Assembly (NCBI GenBank): GCA_036918135.1
Contig: JBALDB010000033.1
Span: 1 to 64,000, forward strand
Direction of reading: 5' to 3'
Length of the DNA: 64,000 nt
Source of the DNA: Nostoc sp.
Lineage (GTDB): Bacteria; Cyanobacteriota; Cyanobacteriia; Cyanobacteriales; Nostocaceae
Both the position numbers and the translations under genes were made by a program. Positions 1-9,300 of this stretch are shown here, one piece after another. The stretch's first letter is position 1. Every line of letters starts with the position of its first letter. Below the pieces are notes generated by a model. That model did not search any database. It was given only the letters and a program-made list of their open reading frames with translations, and was not told the origin of the DNA.

Positions 1-108
1 GTTATGGTTTAGATCATTTACGTTCTATTCTTCTTGATCTTGATTTCAATTATTATCCCTTTCTTCACTCCTTAAAATTTTTGTCCTGTACTTAGTAAAA
101 CTGTAGGC

Positions 109-3100
109 TCAAAAATTAATGGTTTGTAGCATTTTTTCAAACAAAGGGTCACCAAAATTCATTAATCGTAGTGAAGGCATTTCATCAAAAACACTAGGGT
201 AAAAAGTAACCATGTAATTCTGCCCTTTATAACTCAATTGCCAAATACCCTCACTACTTCTCTCAAACTGCACACCACTGGCTTTTAAAATTGCTGAGTC
301 GGTGAATAACTGCTCAATAGTTTCTGGCGTAAAAGGAGCAGAGGGGATTGGTTTTTGAATTTCTGCTAAATCAGCGTCTAAGTCCATCGCTACCATTTCT
401 TCAATTGCTAAACGAGGCGGTGGGCTGTCTAACACAGAATCGAATTGAGACATTAAAACATCCTCTTCTTCTGGATCAGCACTCATAACAGCTCGTTCAA
501 TAAAGGTAGGGACTTGGGCTAGAATCGGCTGGAGATTACCAACAACAGTGGCAAAGGCATTAATGCGATCGCGCAATTTTCGATAAACCTTTGCTTCTAC
601 AGTGCCATCATAGTAAAAATTGTGAATTCGCACAGTCGGATATCTTTGTCCAATGCGGTCAATTCTCCCAATACGCTGTTCGACCCGCATGGGATTCCAA
701 GGCATATCATAATTAATCAACACACCGCAATTTTGTAAATTCAACCCCTCGGAAGCAGACTCAGTACAGAGGAGAATTTTGATTTCATCTTGGCGAAATC
801 GGCGTTTAATTTCTTCCTTGGGAACTAGACACCACTCCCCATTCTGGTACAGTTCACCGCCACGACCTGAATAACAAGCTACTTGACTACCGTACAACTC
901 CTTCAATGTATCCCGTAGATAGTCCATCGTGTCAGTGTACTGGGTGAAAACGATCGCACTTTCTCGATCAGTTAATTCTTGGCGTAAAATCTGAATAAAG
1001 CGAGAAAGCTTGCTATCTTCCCCAGTGTTTTCAAATTGACGTAGTAATTCTTCAAGATATTGAATTTCCTGGGGGTCTACTGGTTCAAAGAAAGATTCCA
1101 GCCCAGCAATCACTGCATCATCCTCATTATCCACATCTACTAAATCGTCGTCACTTAAAACGCTTCCCCGTTGAGTTAACAAATAATCCAAACGACGTTG
1201 CAGAGATGACTTGATAGCATAAAATGAACTGGTCAAACGTTTGCGGTAAAGGGTCATCAAAAAACCCAAACAAGAACGCTGATCTATTTGTGCCAGTCGG
1301 TAAAAGTGACGTACATAGTCGCTGACAGCTATATAAAGCGGTACTTCCCGTTGGGGTTCCAGCGTAATAGCATTATCCTGCACAACTCTGGTGGGAATAT
1401 CCCGCTCTAGCAGTCCCCTTTTATAGTATTGTCGGAGAGTATCGCGGGTGTGGCGGAACATCAAGTCTTTTAGGGGCGTGTTCACTGTCAAGTATTGGCG
1501 TGAGGTGTCGATAAAGTCTTCATCTGCCAATAGTTGTTTGTGATTGGAGATTTTCTTACCCCTTTGCCAAGTATCCTGCATTTTGTAAGCAAGAATGCGA
1601 TCGCTCTTGGTCAAAAACTGCTCTAATCTAGAACAAGACTGTCCGCCGCGCTGAAAATAATCGCTAGACATGACTTGCCAAAAATTAATTACTTCCTGCT
1701 TTACAGCACCTTGTAGCGAGGCGAAATAATAGCAGAAGTTATCGCCATAACTCCAATGTCCCTGCAATCCCAGCAGGTTTAACAAGTCGAAAACTTCTAT
1801 GGCATCAATTTGCATGGGAGTTGCTGAGAGAAGAATCAGGGATTTAGTCTTCTCCTTCAACTGTGCCATTAACTGTAACAAGCGATTGGGCGTTTCTTTG
1901 CGGTCTTGGGGACTTTTGCGGCGTGCGTGGTGTGCTTCGTCTAAGATTACTAAATCCCAAGGTTCTGCTGATAGTAGCTGCTGCATTCTGTCAGTTCTCC
2001 GCACCAAATGAGAAGAAGCCAGGATTAAATCTTGGGTATTCCAGGGATTAGCTGCTGCGGGGATAGTCCGCTTGTAGGGGTCTTTAAATTCTGTAGATGT
2101 ATAACTCCAAAAATGCAGATTAAATTTTTCCCGTAATTCTTCTTGCCATTGGGGTTGGACACTAGCAGGTGCTAAAATCAGTACCCGCTTCACTTTTTTG
2201 GACAACAGCAGATAACGCAGAATTAAACCAGTTTCAATTGTCTTTCCTAAACCAACTTCATCAGCGATGAGAAAACTTTGGGGAAAATTTTGAGCAACGC
2301 GGCGCAGGATTTTAATTTGGTGTGGCCAGGGGTGAATGGGAATTGATTTTAAACAAAAGTCCAAGCAGCCGGGATGTTCATGAATATTGGCAAGTTGAGT
2401 AAATGCCAACCGTTCTTGTTCCCTTAGTTCTGTATAAATAGCTGAAGAGTCTGGTTTTAGTTCCGGTTCTGGTTGTGCTTCTGGTTCAGTTAATTCTATT
2501 TTTGTTAAAGGTCTAGAGTCAAATTCAGCTTGGGCATTCCAATCAGGTTTAGTAGATTTTGCGTAACGCAACAGCTTTTTCTGTACCGCCTCTGGAACTT
2601 CAAAGACTCGCACGTTAGGCGATACGTCATACCAAAGTTGCTCAAATCTCGCTACTTCTTCTTCAACTCTATCTAGTTCCCTTCCTCCCTCCCAAGAACA
2701 ATAAACGTGAAAGGATTCTACATTCCTCTCCCAGCCACCGATAGATTCGTTATTAGAACCGTTAAATGCTAATTTTTCGCCCTTGCTATCAGTAAAAATG
2801 CCAACTTTTTCGTGAAATATATGCTGTGGGTCTAGTTGCTGTGTAGTCTCTTCAGGTAGTCCATTTTCTTTGAGAGGAATAGCAATTTTAATATCGAGAT
2901 ACTGGTTTTGAATCAACCAACTGAGAATTTCAAAGTGTTTGAGTTGGGCAAAATTTTCAGGTGGTTTTAAGTCTGCGTCTAGACGAGATAGCAATGCGTC
3001 TCGCAGTTCGTATCCCTGTTGAATTGCTTGTAAATCTTGGGGGCTAAACTGACAACCCATGATTAACCGCATTCGCCCTTTGTTGTGCAACATTGCACCT

Positions 3101-3261
3101 AAACCCCGTGCAACTTTACTCAGGATAGCACTGCTAAAAAAACCTGCTTTCCGGTCATATTGAATGGCACACTCCAAAGCAGGAATGTAGAAATCAGTGA
3201 TGGTGTTGTGGGTGTTGCTAGTGTAACTAATTTTCCAGGGATATTCACGCAGGTTTTTCAA
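109..3261 (-). CDS. SNF2-family helicase with N-terminal phospholipase D-like (HKD-like) nuclease domain
   Basis: 1050 aa. N-terminal HEKVGIFTD and FNGSNNES (PLD-like). Helicase motifs ADEVGLGKT, DEAHH, SATP, SEGLNLQ, PWNPMRVEQRIGRIDRIGQ. Confidence 0.9.
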   Translation of the reverse strand: MKNLREYPWKISYTSNTHNTITDFYIPALECAIQYDRKAGFFSSAILSKVARGLGAMLHNKGRMRLIMGCQFSPQDLQAIQQGYELRDALLSRLDADLKPPENFAQLKHFEILSWLIQNQYLDIKIAIPLKENGLPEETTQQLDPQHIFHEKVGIFTDSKGEKLAFNGSNNESIGGWERNVESFHVYCSWEGGRELDRVEEEVARFEQLWYDVSPNVRVFEVPEAVQKKLLRYAKSTKPDWNAQAEFDSRPLTKIELTEPEAQPEPELKPDSSAIYTELREQERLAFTQLANIHEHPGCLDFCLKSIPIHPWPHQIKILRRVAQNFPQSFLIADEVGLGKTIETGLILRYLLLSKKVKRVLILAPASVQPQWQEELREKFNLHFWSYTSTEFKDPYKRTIPAAANPWNTQDLILASSHLVRRTDRMQQLLSAEPWDLVILDEAHHARRKSPQDRKETPNRLLQLMAQLKEKTKSLILLSATPMQIDAIEVFDLLNLLGLQGHWSYGDNFCYYFASLQGAVKQEVINFWQVMSSDYFQRGGQSCSRLEQFLTKSDRILAYKMQDTWQRGKKISNHKQLLADEDFIDTSRQYLTVNTPLKDLMFRHTRDTLRQYYKRGLLERDIPTRVVQDNAITLEPQREVPLYIAVSDYVRHFYRLAQIDQRSCLGFLMTLYRKRLTSSFYAIKSSLQRRLDYLLTQRGSVLSDDDLVDVDNEDDAVIAGLESFFEPVDPQEIQYLEELLRQFENTGEDSKLSRFIQILRQELTDRESAIVFTQYTDTMDYLRDTLKELYGSQVACYSGRGGELYQNGEWCLVPKEEIKRRFRQDEIKILLCTESASEGLNLQNCGVLINYDMPWNPMRVEQRIGRIDRIGQRYPTVRIHNFYYDGTVEAKVYRKLRDRINAFATVVGNLQPILAQVPTFIERAVMSADPEEEDVLMSQFDSVLDSPPPRLAIEEMVAMDLDADLAEIQKPIPSAPFTPETIEQLFTDSAILKASGVQFERSSEGIWQLSYKGQNYMVTFYPSVFDEMPSLRLMNFGDPLFEKMLQTINF

Positions 3262-3653
3262 CTTTCTAACCAGTTATCTAATTTTAAGTTGGGGATATTG
3301 ATAAAATCTTTGATATTGTTAGTAACAAGAATATCGTCACGAGAACGAGCTACAGCAGCAATCAAAGCATCAAATTCTCCGGTTGGTTTCCCAATTTTTC
3401 TGAGTTCGCTTTGAATCTTGCCAAATTCGATAGCTGCTTCTATTCCAAATGGTTCTACTGGTAGGAGTTCAGTAAACTGTGCTAATATCTCTAGATTTTT
3501 GGCTACCTGTTGAGAACAATACACGCCTTTATATAGTTCTGAAACTACAATGATAGAGAGATAGCATTGGCTGAAAAAGCGATTAAATTTAGTAACAGCT
3601 TGGGGATTTTCATTCAGCAGTGCAATGCAAATATTGGTATCTAGTAGATACAT
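3258..3653 (-). CDS. vapC: PIN-domain ribonuclease toxin (VapC family)
   Basis: 131 aa with YLLDTNI, VVSEL, GEFDALIAA and LVTNNIKDF motifs; overlaps the helicase start by 4 nt (ATGA). Confidence 0.9.
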   Translation of the reverse strand: MYLLDTNICIALLNENPQAVTKFNRFFSQCYLSIIVVSELYKGVYCSQQVAKNLEILAQFTELLPVEPFGIEAAIEFGKIQSELRKIGKPTGEFDALIAAVARSRDDILVTNNIKDFINIPNLKLDNWLES

Positions 3654-3940
3654 TAGCCGTTATCCCGATTATCAAGTGAGTCTATAGTTCTGCCTTGATA
3701 AGTATGGCGCTGTTGGTCAATTTCTGTAAAAATTTCTGTTAATTCAGGCTGGTTTTTCCAAGCCCCAAATAATTGATTTAGTCTAGCTAGTCTCTCCTCA
3801 TCTGTTAATGGTGGTTGTGGTTCTGTAATTTGATTTGCAATAAATTCTACATCTATGATTATTTCTGTTCCATCAGGAATATTATTAAGTTGTTCTAATA
3901 TTTCAATATTTTGACCACGTTTTATACCTCTAACCTTCAT
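3653..3940 (-). CDS. Probable antitoxin partner of VapC
   Basis: 95 aa directly upstream of vapC with a 1-nt stop/start overlap (TAATG); N-terminal beta-rich segment and LFGAWK motif seen in cyanobacterial PIN partners. Confidence 0.65.
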   Translation of the reverse strand: MKVRGIKRGQNIEILEQLNNIPDGTEIIIDVEFIANQITEPQPPLTDEERLARLNQLFGAWKNQPELTEIFTEIDQQRHTYQGRTIDSLDNRDNG

Positions 3941-4017
3941 GTTTGATTATCTCCTGTAATTATTAGTTGACTGATGATTGATGATTGTTAGCAAAGAAAG
4001 TTATGATATAGCTTTTG

Positions 4018-4359
4018 TTAAGATTGGATAATTAATTTAGAAACTTTATCCGATAAATTTTGCTGACAAGCATCAAACCATTCTTGAATCAATTTATCTT
4101 TACCATCTGGAACTTCATAAAATCTGAAAGACATACCGCTACTTCTAGATATTCTGACAACTCCTGATAGGTCTAATATCTCCTGATTGATTTTAGCGGA
4201 TATTTCTAATGGGATAGATACAGATTCGATTTCTTTGTTAGATGGGTGTTCTGATGGAATTCCTCTGCTCTCTGCTGTTTTTTTCGCCAATTCTAAATCT
4301 TTCAACGCCTCAGCTTGACCTGTAGATTTTAGCTCTACACTAAAATCATATTGATTCAT
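4018..4359 (-). CDS. Hypothetical protein
   Basis: 113 aa ORF with GGAG RBS upstream, co-oriented within the operon; no motif recognised. Confidence 0.6.
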   Translation of the reverse strand: MNQYDFSVELKSTGQAEALKDLELAKKTAESRGIPSEHPSNKEIESVSIPLEISAKINQEILDLSGVVRISRSSGMSFRFYEVPDGKDKLIQEWFDACQQNLSDKVSKLIIQS

Positions 4360-4415
4360 TTTTTATTGACTCCATTAATTAATTATGACAGTTGTCTGTT
4401 AACGGTGAACAGCCC

Positions 4416-7322
4416 TCAATCATCCGTCTCGAAATTTAAACTCATTTGTCCATAATTTAAGGATAGCTCAGGTTGCACATAAGACACTTTGGCTTTGATT
4501 TCATCCATAGCCAACCACAAATCTAATAAGGCTTTTTCTTCAGTCAGGCGTTTCTTTTCATCACCAATGCGCGGAATTACTTTCAACGCTACTTCAAATG
4601 TCCGCATAAATAAATCGTTGCTGACTAAGCCTGTATTTTTGAGAAATCTACGGACTGGTTCTGTATTGTCTTCCTCTTGGTAAAGGGCAATAATGGCGTG
4701 GAGTCCATCAACTAAATATCTGGCAGAAAATTCAGTATCAGTGACAGAGAAGGCGCGTTTTTTCAAGCGTTGTTGCGGGGTGAGTAATTTACAGTAACCG
4801 CTTCCAGAATCGAGTAGTTTGTGTTTTTTGACTAAATCGGAGACATCAAAACCACCCACTGCTAAGGCGAGTTGTCTAGCTTCATCGAAGGGGAATTCTC
4901 GCGCTTCAAAGGTATCCCATGCCAAGATGTACCATTGGGTTAAGGGGTCGATACCGTTGAAGTCTTTACCTTCTAATAAGTTTTGTAATCGGTATTCGAC
5001 TACTGCTTGGCGTACTTCTTCAAATGCTGCTTTGGGTTCAACTTGATTTCCGGCACTGTCGAGGACGGAACTATATTTAGTAAACACACTCAAAGCAGAA
5101 CCGAAAGCACTTAAGCACAAGTTAATACCAGGGGGTTTAATGCGGCGTTGTGGATCTGCTACTCTATCAGCTGCTGGACGTGAATCTTCAGTTAAGCATT
5201 TTTCGAGTTCTGGTGCTTTTTCAAAGACGATATTTCGCACGTCAATTCGCACGTCATCCCACCAAGCTTGTTCGGCGTTGCGATCGCGTTTGCGGCATAC
5301 TAAAAGCACGGTGCTGGAAACTGCGTTTTTCTGTGCTTGGTGCAAGTTTTGCGGGTTTTCGGTACTGACTGCCCAAGATGCGGTAATCTCGAAACCAGCA
5401 TCGATGAGGGATTTGGCTAAGACATCCCACGCGCCGGAGTCTTTGTGGTTGAATTGTACTGTCATTACGCCGTCATCGCGGAGGACGCGGTGATATTCGG
5501 CGAATGCCATTGCCATTTTTGCTTCATAATCTTGGTTGGCGAGAATTTCTGGGGTAATTGCTTTTGTGGTATCAGTAGCAGGTGTACCCATACCTCTAAA
5601 GCGCGAAGGGTTGGCTACAGCTTCTCTGTCTTTATCGGTGAGTTCTAGGTAGAATAATTCGGGGAAGATATCACCAAGACAGCGCTTCATCCAAACATAA
5701 AAGAAATCAGAAAGTTCTGCATATTGAATTGTGGAATAGTAGGGGGGATCAGTGACAATGGTATCAACTGATTTATCGGGAATGTGATGAAGGCTATCGG
5801 CTGATGCTAAATCAATTTGAATAGTTTTAAGGTTGTATTGTTCAATGCCTGGTAAACCTGTCAAGTGGGGTTTTGTGCCAACTAGAGAGCAAAGTTTTGG
5901 ATATTCAGATGCCGCTACGTTAGAACACAAATCCCACAATCTACCGACTCCACTAATCTCTGGATAATTCCACATCAAATTAAGTGAATGCTGAGTAGAT
6001 GCTCGTTGTATTTTATTAACGCTTGTATCCCAAGTTGATAATCTACAATTCATATCAACACATCTATCAAAAGCCAAAGCTAAATAAGTTGTGATTGCTT
6101 CTGCTTTATCCAACTCATACTCATTCTGAATCAACGCTTTAGCTTCATTGATCACTTCTACATAAGTTACAAGTGTTAAAAGTTGACGTGTATTAAAAAG
6201 CTCATGCCAACTTCTGACTCCACGATTATAACAACGAGTATCTTGCCCTTGTAAAAGTGGCTCAGATGGAATTAATTCAGAGTTATTATAATTTTCAACA
6301 ACAGATTTAGCTTTTTCAATTCCTTCTAAATCTAACTTTACTGGTAATCTAAATTCAGTTTTTCCAGAACCATGTTGATAAGCAATGGCATAAAGAGTAT
6401 AACTAAATTGTTTTTGAAAAAGTTTATTATCTATAAAGCTACTTTCTATTAAGTTTCCACAGTTCAAACATTTACCTTCTCCCCTGTTAACAGTTATTTG
6501 ATTATCTGGATCATATTCACCATCATCTTTTATAATCGTTGATACTTTGCCTTTCTTACCCCTAACTAATTGAAAATCAACTCGCTTATGTTCTGGATTA
6601 GGTATTGGCTTTACAGCATACCAATCACTTGTAATTTTTCTCGCCTGTCCTTTACCTGCATAATTGCTAGTTTTACTTAACCACCAGTTTGGACTCAACG
6701 GAACAACAGACTCACAACTCGGACAAAGAACCGTATGCGCCCAAAAATAAGTCTGCACAGTTTCCCCAGGTAAAGATGGGAAAAACTCAGCTAATCTTTT
6801 CTCCGCCTTATCCCCTACCCACTTCACCCATTTATCAATATCCTGCTGCAAATCTGGGCCAAACTTTAGCGGATATTCCATCGCCGCCTTCATCGTCACC
6901 ACTGCCACAGGATTTAAATCAGAAGCCAGCACATTTAACCCATATCTCGCTGCTTCAAAGGGAATACTCCCACCACCTGCAAACGCATCTAATACAGTCG
7001 GTGTGCGCGTTCCCCAAACCTTCTCACAATAATCCTGCACCTTCTTAATTTGCACAGAATTAGGCGGCGTTTTATATAGCTTTACCTCCTGACCCGGTAC
7101 TAACCCCAGCAAATATTCAAATTCTTGCATTGTGATATCTGCTGGTAATAAAGAAGCCAACACACTGGCGCGACTAAAAGATAATGGCTTCCGCGAATAC
7201 CAGCGATGTAATCCTTTAAATGGATTTCCCCCGTGTTCAAAATTAACTTGCTCATTCAGCAGTTGCACGGGCATCATTTTTTCGATAAAGACAGATGGGC
7301 GTTTGGGGGTTGAGTTGGTCAT
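4416..7322 (-). CDS. DUF1156-type adenine-specific DNA methyltransferase with Zn ribbon
   Basis: 968 aa. N-terminal LHRWYSRKPL, SAM motif DAFAGGGSIPFEA, catalytic TDPPYY, Zn ribbon CPSC...CLNC. Confidence 0.9.
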   Translation of the reverse strand: MTNSTPKRPSVFIEKMMPVQLLNEQVNFEHGGNPFKGLHRWYSRKPLSFSRASVLASLLPADITMQEFEYLLGLVPGQEVKLYKTPPNSVQIKKVQDYCEKVWGTRTPTVLDAFAGGGSIPFEAARYGLNVLASDLNPVAVVTMKAAMEYPLKFGPDLQQDIDKWVKWVGDKAEKRLAEFFPSLPGETVQTYFWAHTVLCPSCESVVPLSPNWWLSKTSNYAGKGQARKITSDWYAVKPIPNPEHKRVDFQLVRGKKGKVSTIIKDDGEYDPDNQITVNRGEGKCLNCGNLIESSFIDNKLFQKQFSYTLYAIAYQHGSGKTEFRLPVKLDLEGIEKAKSVVENYNNSELIPSEPLLQGQDTRCYNRGVRSWHELFNTRQLLTLVTYVEVINEAKALIQNEYELDKAEAITTYLALAFDRCVDMNCRLSTWDTSVNKIQRASTQHSLNLMWNYPEISGVGRLWDLCSNVAASEYPKLCSLVGTKPHLTGLPGIEQYNLKTIQIDLASADSLHHIPDKSVDTIVTDPPYYSTIQYAELSDFFYVWMKRCLGDIFPELFYLELTDKDREAVANPSRFRGMGTPATDTTKAITPEILANQDYEAKMAMAFAEYHRVLRDDGVMTVQFNHKDSGAWDVLAKSLIDAGFEITASWAVSTENPQNLHQAQKNAVSSTVLLVCRKRDRNAEQAWWDDVRIDVRNIVFEKAPELEKCLTEDSRPAADRVADPQRRIKPPGINLCLSAFGSALSVFTKYSSVLDSAGNQVEPKAAFEEVRQAVVEYRLQNLLEGKDFNGIDPLTQWYILAWDTFEAREFPFDEARQLALAVGGFDVSDLVKKHKLLDSGSGYCKLLTPQQRLKKRAFSVTDTEFSARYLVDGLHAIIALYQEEDNTEPVRRFLKNTGLVSNDLFMRTFEVALKVIPRIGDEKKRLTEEKALLDLWLAMDEIKAKVSYVQPELSLNYGQMSLNFETDD

Positions 7323-7373
7323 AGATTAGTGGTACAGAACAAAACACGATTTACTAGCAAATTCTTTACCAAA

Positions 7374-8027
7374 TTAACAGGAAAGTCCTTCTGCTTGCTT
7401 GCGTTGGCGTTGGATTTGCTTATAAATCGGAACTCCGTACATTTCTTCTTCTAGTTTCATCCATTTGACATTATCCAATATGCCATTACGGGCAAACCCC
7501 AGAAAATAGGCTTTCTTCACCATTCCTGCGTAAGAAATTGTTGCTTTTGTTGAATGCTTTAATCGCACCAAATCTTCTGGGGTGCATTCACCTTCTTTTA
7601 CTCCCATCTCAACTAAACCAGCAATAAAATCTGCGTCTGGAAACAACATTTCAGCAGCAAAAATTTCTGCCCCAACTTCAATGTTTTCATTTTGATTGTA
7701 TTCTCCACACAATAGAGATTTCAGGTTGCGGTCAACGAGAAAATGCTTCAGTTCATGACACATTGTAAAAAGTGCTGGAGCTTCCGGTAGCGAACGGCTA
7801 ATCATAATAGTTGCACCGCACTCATCATAAAAGAAAGCCCCCCGCAACTTTTTGAATTTCGCTGTAGGGGGTGAATTTTTTGGGGGCCACAAATCATATT
7901 TGATTTTATGTGCCTTGTAGATGCGTCCTATATCCGACTTACGTACTCGCGGAGTTGTCAAGCCATATTCTGACCGAACCGAACGTGCAAGTTCCTTCAT
8001 CTCCTCATAGTATTTATTCTGCGTCAT
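7374..8027 (-). CDS. ImmA/IrrE-family Zn metallopeptidase (CapP-like anti-repressor)
   Basis: 217 aa with HExxH (FTMCHELKHF) and downstream E..AE.FAAEML; overlaps the upstream XRE gene. Confidence 0.85.
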   Translation of the reverse strand: MTQNKYYEEMKELARSVRSEYGLTTPRVRKSDIGRIYKAHKIKYDLWPPKNSPPTAKFKKLRGAFFYDECGATIMISRSLPEAPALFTMCHELKHFLVDRNLKSLLCGEYNQNENIEVGAEIFAAEMLFPDADFIAGLVEMGVKEGECTPEDLVRLKHSTKATISYAGMVKKAYFLGFARNGILDNVKWMKLEEEMYGVPIYKQIQRQRKQAEGLSC

Positions 8028-8436
8028 TCTGTTTTTTCCTCTTCCGCCCTGATTTCGATTTATCTCCTGGTTGGTAGAGACTTCGCGCTTTACGAAATTC
8101 AGCGTAAGTACGCAATTCTGCTAAATCTTCAGGGGGTAACTGTTTAACTACACGCAACAATGCAGCTATTTCCTCACTGAGCGGAGCCTCTTCTGGAGGA
8201 AAAAAAGTTAAAATTGACACTCCAAAGAACCGAGCGAGGCGTTCGAGGTCTTCAATTGCTGGGCGATACGTCGCAGTTTCCCAACGTGAAATGGTGTTTG
8301 CAGTTGTTCCCACTTCTTTTGCTAGGGCTTCTTGGGATAGCCCCTTACCCCCATAACTCGTCCTCAGATAGCGAATGCGTTCTCCGATGTACTCCATTAA
8401 TTCCATTCGGTTTGTGTTGTTCGCAACTAGCCCCAT
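8014..8436 (-). CDS. XRE-family HTH repressor (CapH-like); true start may be 8406 or 8397
   Basis: IGERIRYLR...LSQEALAKEVGTTANTISRWE Cro/CI helix-turn-helix; paired with the IrrE peptidase and divergent from the Ubl operon. Confidence 0.9.
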   Translation of the reverse strand: MGLVANNTNRMELMEYIGERIRYLRTSYGGKGLSQEALAKEVGTTANTISRWETATYRPAIEDLERLARFFGVSILTFFPPEEAPLSEEIAALLRVVKQLPPEDLAELRTYAEFRKARSLYQPGDKSKSGRKRKKQNDAE

Positions 8437-8447
8437 CGATATAACTT

Positions 8448-8519
8448 TCCTTTTATAGGATATTACTTCCTTTTGATGTTGACGATCCTTGTAGCAAAAG
8501 TTATTATCCCATATTAGGA
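8448..8519. promoter_or_regulatory. Candidate XRE operator pair TCC-N7-GGA
   Basis: TCCTTTTATAGGA at 8448-8460 and TCCCATATTAGGA at 8507-8519; the second overlaps the -10/start region. Confidence 0.4.
8479..8507 (+). promoter_or_regulatory. Sigma-70-type promoter for the Ubl-E2-JAB/E1 operon
   Basis: TTGACG (8479-8484), 17-bp spacer, TATTAT (8502-8507); RBS AAGGAG lies just upstream of the ATG at 8632. Confidence 0.6.
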
Positions 8520-8631
8520 CAGTATTTCAACACAAATAGGATGACAGCGAGGTTCCGACTTTCCTGCGGCTAACTATCATGCTTGAGAAATTACTCCCCT
8601 AAAGCACATCTAGACACAAAAGGAGTCTTAT

Positions 8632-8910
8632 ATGCAGATTGAATCTAAGCAAGACGCAGAATTATTGGCGAAAAAACCCAAAACAATCACTGTTACCGTC
8701 AACGAACGCCCTGTAACCTTCTCAGAGCATAAGGCTACAGGCTTAGAGATTAAACAGGCTGCGATTAAGCAGGGTGTAGCGATTCAGGAAGATTTCGTGC
8801 TGTTTGAGGTCAAAGGCAATTCGCCCCTCAAGCAAATTGGAGACTGCGAAACCGTTACCCTGCATGAGGGGCAAAAGTTCCGCGCCACTGCACCTGATGA
8901 CAACTCATAG
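8632..8910 (+). CDS. Ubiquitin-like (multiubiquitin-type beta-grasp) protein, BubA-like
   Basis: 92 aa: ITVTVNERPV...TGLEIKQAA...VLFE...IGDCETVTLHEGQKF pattern of bacterial multi-ubiquitin domains; first gene ahead of E2 and JAB/E1. Confidence 0.8.
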   Translation: MQIESKQDAELLAKKPKTITVTVNERPVTFSEHKATGLEIKQAAIKQGVAIQEDFVLFEVKGNSPLKQIGDCETVTLHEGQKFRATAPDDNS

Positions 8911-8919
8911 GAGATATCA

Positions 8920-9300
8920 ATGACACCTGAAGTTGAACAGGCGATCGCAGAAATTCAGCAAGTCTTTCCTAGACATTCCGTTGAAGTGGAAGCTGAGGCG
9001 CAGGGTGGCGCAAACGTAATTGTCCATAATTTACTAATTGGCGAACAGTACGTACCTTCCACTAGCTGGGTAGGCTTTGCAATTTCCTTTCAGTATCCCT
9101 ATGCAGATGTCTACCCGCACTATATAGATCCAGGGTTGCGTCGGGTTGATGGTTTAGTTCAAGGTGATGGGTTCTCCTCAGTTAATTGGCGAAATCAGCC
9201 TGCAATCCAAGTATCGAGGCGTTCCAATCGATTGAATCCAGCTATTGATACGGCTGCAACCAAATTAACTAAGGTTCTTACGTGGTTGAAAAGCCGATGA
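8920..9300 (+). CDS. Prokaryotic E2/UBC-like protein (E2 family E-like, BubB-like), no cysteine
   Basis: 126 aa with FQYPYADVYPHY (E2 YP motif) and QVSRRSN...NP; position between Ubl and E1; RBS AGGAG. Confidence 0.7.
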   Translation: MTPEVEQAIAEIQQVFPRHSVEVEAEAQGGANVIVHNLLIGEQYVPSTSWVGFAISFQYPYADVYPHYIDPGLRRVDGLVQGDGFSSVNWRNQPAIQVSRRSNRLNPAIDTAATKLTKVLTWLKSR

